A stretch of 64,000 bases of DNA from an uncultured Enterobacteriaceae bacterium. GTDB taxonomy: Bacteria; Pseudomonadota; Gammaproteobacteria; Burkholderiales; SG8-39. The notes below the pieces were generated by a model. It was not told the origin of the DNA and did no database searches. It saw only the letters and a program-made list of their open reading frames with translations. Both the position numbers and the translations under genes were made by a program. Of the stretch, positions 58,994 through 64,000 are shown piece by piece; position 1 is the stretch's first letter, and each line of letters opens with the position of its first letter. The stretch is from positions 20,321 through 84,320 of the forward strand of contig CAZVZV010000042.1 in the NCBI GenBank assembly GCA_964631735.1, in the 5' to 3' direction.

Positions 58994-59445
58994 CAGCCGA
59001 AGGTGCCGACTCCTCGCGCCGCCAGGGCGGCGCACAGGAGGATGAGCACGATGCCCACCAGTTCCAGGTGCATCACGGCGCGCAGCTTGCGCAGTTTGCC
59101 GGCGTCGAGGTTCGGCGCCTGCCCCTGCTGCAGGGACTTGCGCCAGGACAGGAACTCCATGGTGGGAACGATGGAGAGCAGCCCGACGGCGAGGAACAGC
59201 ACCAGCTTGGCGATGAAGGGCGCACTGTGCAAATAGTAGTCTGCGCCTTTCTCGAAATAGAACACGCGCAGCAGGCCGACGACCAGCACCACGCCCGACG
59301 ACAGGCCGAATACCATGTCGGTGAGCTGGAGCCGGCGCGCCGTGCGCGCGTCGATTTCGCCCTTGATGAGGACGAATTCCAACGCCAGGGCGGCGACGAG
59401 CGCAAAGGCCGCCAGATGGTGCAGGAAGGCGAAGAGGGCGGACAA
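58993..59445 (-). CDS. DUF2214-like membrane protein
   Basis: 150 aa with four predicted TM helices. Starts 4 bp after the pilU stop. Confidence 0.65.
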   Translation of the reverse strand: MSALFAFLHHLAAFALVAALALEFVLIKGEIDARTARRLQLTDMVFGLSSGVVLVVGLLRVFYFEKGADYYLHSAPFIAKLVLFLAVGLLSIVPTMEFLSWRKSLQQGQAPNLDAGKLRKLRAVMHLELVGIVLILLCAALAARGVGTFG

Positions 59446-59449
59446 ATCC

Positions 59450-60586
59450 TTAAACGATATCCAGGTGCTCGATGCCCTTGGTCAGGTCGCGGTCCTTGGC
59501 TTCCTTGCCGTGCAGTTTGATCTGCAGCCGCACTTCGTTGGTCGAGTCGGCGAAGCGCAGGGCGTCCTCGTAGCCGATGCGGCCCTGCTCGTACAAGTCG
59601 AACAGGGCCTGGTCGAAGGTCTGCATGCCCAGTTCGCGCGACTTCTTCATGATGTCCTTGATGCCGTGCACCTCGCCCTTGAAGATCAGGTCCGAGATCA
59701 GCGGGGAATTGAGCAGCACCTCCACCGCCGCGGCGCGGCCGCGGCCCTCCCGCATCGGGATCAGGCGCTGCGAGATCACCCCCTTCAGGTTGAGCGACAG
59801 GTCCATCAGCAACTGCTGGCGCCGCTCGTCCGGGAAGAAGTTGATGATGCGGTCCATCGCCTGGTTGGAGTTGTTGGCGTGCAGCGTGCCCAGGCACAGG
59901 TGGCCGGTCTCGGAGAAGGCGATGGCGTGCTCCATCACCTCGCGCTCGCGGATCTCGCCGATCAGGATCACATCCGGCGCCTGGCGCAGGGTGTTCTTCA
60001 GCGCCGCTTCCCAGGAGTCGGTGTCCACGCCCACTTCGCGCTGGGTAACGATGCAGTTCTTGTGCGGGTGCACGAACTCCACCGGGTCCTCGATGGTGAT
60101 GATGTGGCCGTGCGAGTTCTCGTTGCGGTAGCCGATCATCGCCGCGAGGGAGCTGGACTTGCCCGAGCCCGTGCCGCCGACGAAGATCACCAGGCCGCGC
60201 TTGGTCATCGCCACGTCCTTCAGCACCGGCGGCAGCATCAGGTCCTCGAAAGTGGGGATGGTGGTGGTGATCACGCGCAGCACCATGCCGACGTTGCCCT
60301 GTTGCACGAAGCAATTGACGCGGAAGCGCCCGATGGCCGCCGGGTTGATGGCGAAGTTGCACTCCTTTTTCTCCTCGAACTCGGCCGCCTGCTTGTCGTT
60401 CATGATCGAGCGCGTCAGCATCGAGGTGTGCTGGGGTGAGAGCCCTTGCTGCGATACCGGGGTCATCTTGCCGTCGATCTTCATTGCCGGCGGATAACCG
60501 GTGGTGATGAACAGGTCCGAGCCCTTCTTGCCCACCAGGGCTCGCAGCAGGTCGTACATGAATTTTGTCGCTTGCTCGCGTTCCAT
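59450..60586 (-). CDS. pilU: Type IV pilus ATPase PilU
   Basis: 378 aa. Walker A GGTGSGKSS and the PilT-family Asp/His boxes (IGEIRE, GTLHAN). Sits downstream of pilT. Confidence 0.9.
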   Translation of the reverse strand: MEREQATKFMYDLLRALVGKKGSDLFITTGYPPAMKIDGKMTPVSQQGLSPQHTSMLTRSIMNDKQAAEFEEKKECNFAINPAAIGRFRVNCFVQQGNVGMVLRVITTTIPTFEDLMLPPVLKDVAMTKRGLVIFVGGTGSGKSSSLAAMIGYRNENSHGHIITIEDPVEFVHPHKNCIVTQREVGVDTDSWEAALKNTLRQAPDVILIGEIREREVMEHAIAFSETGHLCLGTLHANNSNQAMDRIINFFPDERRQQLLMDLSLNLKGVISQRLIPMREGRGRAAAVEVLLNSPLISDLIFKGEVHGIKDIMKKSRELGMQTFDQALFDLYEQGRIGYEDALRFADSTNEVRLQIKLHGKEAKDRDLTKGIEHLDIV

Positions 60587-60589
60587 GGC

Positions 60590-61633
60590 TTACCCCGCGA
60601 AGTTGTCTTTGTTGGCGGCCCTGCTGCGCGCCTCGCCCATCGACACCACGTTGCGCCGCACGAGGTCCTGCAGGTTCTGATCCAGCGTCTGCATGCCGAT
60701 CTGCGCACCGGTCTGGATGGCGGAATACATCTGCGCGATCTTGCTCTCGCGGATCAGGTTGCGGATGGCGGGGGTGCCGATCATGACCTCGTGCGCCGCG
60801 ACGCGCCCCGCGCCGTCCTTGGTCTTGAGCAGGTTCTGCGAGATCACTGCGCGCAGCGACTCGGAAAGCATGGCGCGCACCATTTCCTTTTCCGCCGCCG
60901 GGAACACGTCGATGATGCGGTCGATCGTCTTCGCTGCCGAGCTCGTGTGCAGCGTGGCGAACACGAGGTGGCCGGTTTCGGCGCCGGTCAGCGCGAGCCG
61001 GATCGTTTCCAGGTCGCGCATCTCGCCGACGAGGATCACATCCGGGTCTTCGCGCGTCGAGGACCTGAGAGCGTTCGAAAACGACAGCGTGTGCGGTCCG
61101 ACCTCGCGCTGGTTGATCAGGCACTTTTTCGACTCGTGCATGAACTCGATCGGGTCCTCCATGGTGAGGATGTGGCCTTCCTCGTTCTCGTTGATGTGGT
61201 TGATCATCGCCGCCAGCGTGGTGGACTTGCCCGAGCCCGTGGGCCCGGTCACCAGCACCAGCCCGCGCGGGTACTCCGAGATCTCGGTGAAGATCTTCGG
61301 GCACTTGAGCTCTTCCAGCGACATGACCTTGGTCGGGATGGTGCGCATCACCGCGGCGGCGCCGCGCTGCTGCACGAAGGCATTGACGCGAAAGCGCGCC
61401 AGGTTCGGCACCGCGAAGGAGAAGTCGCACTCCAGATTCTCTTCGTAGAACTTGCGCTGGCCGTCGTTCATGATGTCGTACATCATCCCGTGCACGTCCT
61501 TGTGCTCCAGCGCCGGCACATTGATGCGCTTGACGTCGCCGTGCACGCGCACCATCGGCGGCAGGCCCGCGGACAGGTGCAGGTCGGATGCCTTGTTCTT
61601 CACCACAAACGCAAGCAATTCAGTGAGATCCAT
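60590..61633 (-). CDS. pilT: Type IV pilus twitching motility ATPase PilT
   Basis: 347 aa. GPTGSGKSTT, ILVGEMRD, ATLHTSSA, and the AIRNLIRE motif typical of PilT. Confidence 0.95.
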   Translation of the reverse strand: MDLTELLAFVVKNKASDLHLSAGLPPMVRVHGDVKRINVPALEHKDVHGMMYDIMNDGQRKFYEENLECDFSFAVPNLARFRVNAFVQQRGAAAVMRTIPTKVMSLEELKCPKIFTEISEYPRGLVLVTGPTGSGKSTTLAAMINHINENEEGHILTMEDPIEFMHESKKCLINQREVGPHTLSFSNALRSSTREDPDVILVGEMRDLETIRLALTGAETGHLVFATLHTSSAAKTIDRIIDVFPAAEKEMVRAMLSESLRAVISQNLLKTKDGAGRVAAHEVMIGTPAIRNLIRESKIAQMYSAIQTGAQIGMQTLDQNLQDLVRRNVVSMGEARSRAANKDNFAG

Positions 61634-61664
61634 TACAATCCTCAGCCAGACGAGTGGCCAAAGT

Positions 61665-62366
61665 ATGAGGTCAATCCCCGAAAACTTGCAAGCCGTGATG
61701 CAGCGCGTCGCGGGGGCTGCGCGCGCGGCGGGGCGCGACCCGGGCGCGGTGGCCCTGCTCGCGGTGTCGAAGACGCATGCGCCGGTGCTGATCCAGCAGG
61801 CGTTTGGCGCCGGTCAGCGCGCCTTCGGCGAGAACTACGTGCAGGAGGCGGTGGAGAAGATGGACGCCCTCGCCCGCCTGCCGATCGAGTGGCACCTGGT
61901 GGGGCCCCTGCAGAGCAACAAGACGCGCCTGGCGGCAGAGCGCTTCCAGTGGGTGCACACCCTCGAGCGGGAGAAGATCGCCCGGCGTCTGTCCGAGCAA
62001 CGCCCGCCCGCCATGCCGCCGCTGGAGGTGCTGGTGCAAGTCAATGTGTCGGGCGAAACCTCGAAGAGCGGCGTCGCGCCGCGCGAGGCCGCGGCGCTGG
62101 CGCAAGCCGTGGCAGTGCTGCCGCGCCTGCGGCTGCGGGGCTTGATGACCGTAGCGGAGCCCACAGACGACGAACGCCTGCAGCGGGCGCGCTTTCGCGA
62201 GCTGCGGGAGCTCTACGAGTCGCTCAAGCGTTCGGGCCTGACGATCGACACGCTGTCGATGGGCATGTCGGCGGACATGGAGGCTGCCATCGCCGAGGGC
62301 TCGACGATGGTGCGCATCGGCACGGCGATCTTCGGCCAGCGCCAGCGGGTAAGGGACGCGGCATGA
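61665..62366 (+). CDS. yggS: YggS-family pyridoxal phosphate homeostasis protein
   Basis: 233 aa from ATG 61665. LLAVSKTH (PLP lysine), WHLVGPLQSNK, SMGMSADM. Confidence 0.9.
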   Translation: MRSIPENLQAVMQRVAGAARAAGRDPGAVALLAVSKTHAPVLIQQAFGAGQRAFGENYVQEAVEKMDALARLPIEWHLVGPLQSNKTRLAAERFQWVHTLEREKIARRLSEQRPPAMPPLEVLVQVNVSGETSKSGVAPREAAALAQAVAVLPRLRLRGLMTVAEPTDDERLQRARFRELRELYESLKRSGLTIDTLSMGMSADMEAAIAEGSTMVRIGTAIFGQRQRVRDAA

Positions 62367-63175
62367 AGCTCGCATTCATCGGCGGCGGCAACATGGCCAA
62401 TGCGCTGATCGGCGGCCTGCTGGCACAGGGTGTGAAGGCGGGCGCGCTGTCGGTCGTCGAGCCGGTGCCGGCGGCGCGCCGCCGGTTGGTTGCCAGGTAC
62501 AAGCTGCACGCCAGCGCCGCGCCGGACGCGCGCACGGCCGCGGCGGATACCTTGCTGCTCGCAGTCAAGCCACAGGACATGCGCGCGGCCGCCGCGCCGC
62601 TCGCGGGCAGCCTGGGCGGCAAGCTCGTCATCAGCATCGCAGCCGGCATCCGCCTCAGGGATCTGTCGCGCTGGCTCGGCGGCCACGCGAGACTGGTGCG
62701 CTGCATGCCCAACACCCCCGCGCTGATCGGCGCCGGCATCGCCGGGCTCTACGCTCCGCCTGGGGTCAGCGCGGCGCACAAGCGCCGCGTCGAGCGCATC
62801 CTCGGTGCAGTGGGCGCCGTCGTCTGGGTGCAGGACGAGTCGCTGCTCGATCCGGTCACAGCGGTTTCCGCCAGCGGGCCGGCGTACGTGTTCTGGTTCA
62901 TCGAGCAGCTGGCGAAGTCCGGAGAAGCGCTCGGTTTGTCGCCGCAGGTGTCGATGAAATTGGCGCTGCAGACCGTGCTTGGCGCGGCCATGCTCGCCGC
63001 ACGGAGCAAGGACGCGCCTGGCGTGCTGCGCGAACGCGTCACCTCCAAGGGAGGCACGACGGAGGCCGCCTTGCGGGTGTTCGAGCAGGAGCGGCTCGCC
63101 GAGCGTTTCCGTCTCGCCGTCGAGGCCGCCAGCCGCCGCGGCGCCGAGCTGGGCGAACTGCTGGGCAAGGACTGA
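62363..63175 (+). CDS. proC: Pyrroline-5-carboxylate reductase
   Basis: 270 aa from ATG 62363. IGGGNMANALIGG and VTSKGGTTEAAL motifs. The rest of the 909-aa track ORF is a shadow over pilT/yggS. Confidence 0.93.
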   Translation: MKLAFIGGGNMANALIGGLLAQGVKAGALSVVEPVPAARRRLVARYKLHASAAPDARTAAADTLLLAVKPQDMRAAAAPLAGSLGGKLVISIAAGIRLRDLSRWLGGHARLVRCMPNTPALIGAGIAGLYAPPGVSAAHKRRVERILGAVGAVVWVQDESLLDPVTAVSASGPAYVFWFIEQLAKSGEALGLSPQVSMKLALQTVLGAAMLAARSKDAPGVLRERVTSKGGTTEAALRVFEQERLAERFRLAVEAASRRGAELGELLGKD

Positions 63176-63750
63176 TGTTCGTCCAGATCGGCCAGCTGCT
63201 GGTGGACGCGGCGGCGAGCTTGTTTGTCTACCTGCTGCTCGTGCGCTTCCATTTCCAGTGGCTGCGGGTGCCGTTCCGCAACCCGATCGGCGAATTCGTG
63301 ATCGCCGGCACCAACTGGGTCGTGCGCCCCGCACGCAAACTCATCCCGCCGCTCGCCGGCCTCGATCTCGCCACCCTGATCGCCGCCTGGCTGCTGCAGG
63401 CGCTGGCGCTCTATCTGCTCGGCGCGATCGCCGGCGGCGGGCTGGGCGCCGAGCCGGGCCGCATGATCGCGGTGCTGATGGTCGGCGCGGCTTTCGACCT
63501 GCTGCGTTTCAGCCTCTATATCCTGATTTTCGCGGTGATCGTGCAGGCGGTGCTCTCCTGGGTAAACCCGCACTCGCCCGTGCAGTCCCTGTTCGACGCC
63601 ATGACCCGGCCGTTCCTGCGGCCGCTGCGCCGCCTGATCCCGCTGCTCGGCAACGTGGACCTCTCCCCGCTAGCGCTGCTGCTGCTGCTGCAGGTCGCGC
63701 TGATTGCGCTCGCGCACCTGCGCGGCGCGGCTGGGGGGCTGTTCCAGTAG
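63175..63750 (+). CDS. yggT: YggT-family membrane protein
   Basis: 191 aa with two YGGT-like repeats (hydrophobic segments with LSWV/IPLLG). Conserved position after proC. Confidence 0.85.
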   Translation: MFVQIGQLLVDAAASLFVYLLLVRFHFQWLRVPFRNPIGEFVIAGTNWVVRPARKLIPPLAGLDLATLIAAWLLQALALYLLGAIAGGGLGAEPGRMIAVLMVGAAFDLLRFSLYILIFAVIVQAVLSWVNPHSPVQSLFDAMTRPFLRPLRRLIPLLGNVDLSPLALLLLLQVALIALAHLRGAAGGLFQ

Positions 63751-63795
63751 GGTGGGCCAGCGGCCCACCGGGTGGTGGGCCGTTGGCCCACCCTA
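63748..63795. terminator. Composite palindrome with twin GC hairpins between convergent yggT and aceK
   Basis: GGTGGGCC-agc-GGCCCACC at 63751-63769 and GGTGGGCC-gtt-GGCCCACC at 63774-63792. The outer arms TAGGGTGGGCC/GGCCCACCCTA include both stop codons. No U-tract. Confidence 0.55.
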
Positions 63796-64000
63796 CCGCC
63801 TGAAGCGGATTTCCTCGGGGTAGGGGTACACGTCGTCCTGCACGCCGGCACGGATGCGTGCCTGCTTGCCGGCCCAGAAGGCCGGGTCCATGAGATCTGC
63901 GTGCTGCTCGAGGAAGATTTCGCGCGCCTGCGGGTCGCTCACCAGGAAATGGACGAACTGCTCCGGAAACACGTCGTGCGGGCCCACCGAGTAGTAGGGC
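63793..64000 (-). CDS. aceK: Isocitrate dehydrogenase kinase/phosphatase, C-terminal end (partial, continues beyond the window)
   Basis: The frame is open to the window edge: ...PYYSVGPHDVFPEQFVHFLVSDPQAREIFLEQHADLMDPAFWAGKQARIRAGVQDDVYPYPEEIRFRR. This matches my recollection of the AceK C-terminus (DVFPEEF...HADL...W...Q.RI..G...DVY.Y...RF). Confidence 0.7.
   Translation of the reverse strand, partial: PYYSVGPHDVFPEQFVHFLVSDPQAREIFLEQHADLMDPAFWAGKQARIRAGVQDDVYPYPEEIRFRR

Noticed and set aside
59073-61430. 785-aa minus-strand ORF across pilU/pilT
   Set aside because: It is out of frame relative to the clearly motif-bearing PilU and PilT frames. The composition is Arg/Gly/Pro-rich.
60446-62362. 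N-terminal ~640 aa of the 909-aa plus-strand ORF
   Set aside because: Antisense to pilT and out of frame over yggS. Only 62363-63175 is proC.
1-64000. Search for rRNA, tRNA, CRISPR arrays, IS elements, integrases and prophage genes
   Set aside because: No intergenic region exceeds about 225 bp. I saw no cloverleaf-like or spacer-repeat structure and no transposase- or integrase-like ORF.

Overview
High-GC (about 65-73% in hand-counted 60-nt lines) chromosomal segment with tightly packed genes, many joined by ATGA/GTGA start-stop overlaps. Gene content and order look betaproteobacterial. About 70 CDS can be supported. Most are core housekeeping: HIT protein, PfkB kinase, prmA-accC-accB-aroQ, mpl, an RNase II-family enzyme, aroE, mtgA, hemL, thiE-thiD, rubredoxin, algH/ruvX/pyrR/pyrB/pyrC-like, rlpA, a D-Ala-D-Ala carboxypeptidase, a D-amino-acid aminotransferase, ybeD-lipB-lipA, polA, thrB, ubiE/Tim44-like/ubiJ/ubiB, an ABC-2 exporter, hemJ, pilT-pilU, yggS-proC-yggT, and the 3' end of aceK. 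I found no rRNA, tRNA, CRISPR array, transposase or integrase. Two patches look accessory. The first (25.4-33.5 kb, between lipA and polA) holds a LysR regulator, DUF3052, NIPSNAP, a 1172-aa wHTH-cyclase-like-P-loop-TPR protein, a low-GC membrane ORFan, GFA and DUF4197. The second (54.8-59.4 kb, downstream of pilTU) holds two membrane-anchored alpha/beta hydrolases, a SAM methyltransferase, a protein made of two homologous halves, an 88-aa ORF and an unlisted 47-aa Cys-rich ORF. Observations worth a second look are: a 109-bp tandem duplication of the accB 5' end, leaving a truncated BCCP N-terminal ORF and a TTG-started full-length accB; a PilJ-like receptor that seems to lack the conserved signalling tip; the cyclase-like STAND regulator with substituted catalytic residues followed by the low-GC ORFan; a low-GC patch inside mpl; and the duplicated-domain protein cassette. 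I cannot show from sequence alone that any of these is a new system. All functional ideas beyond domain recognition are hypotheses.
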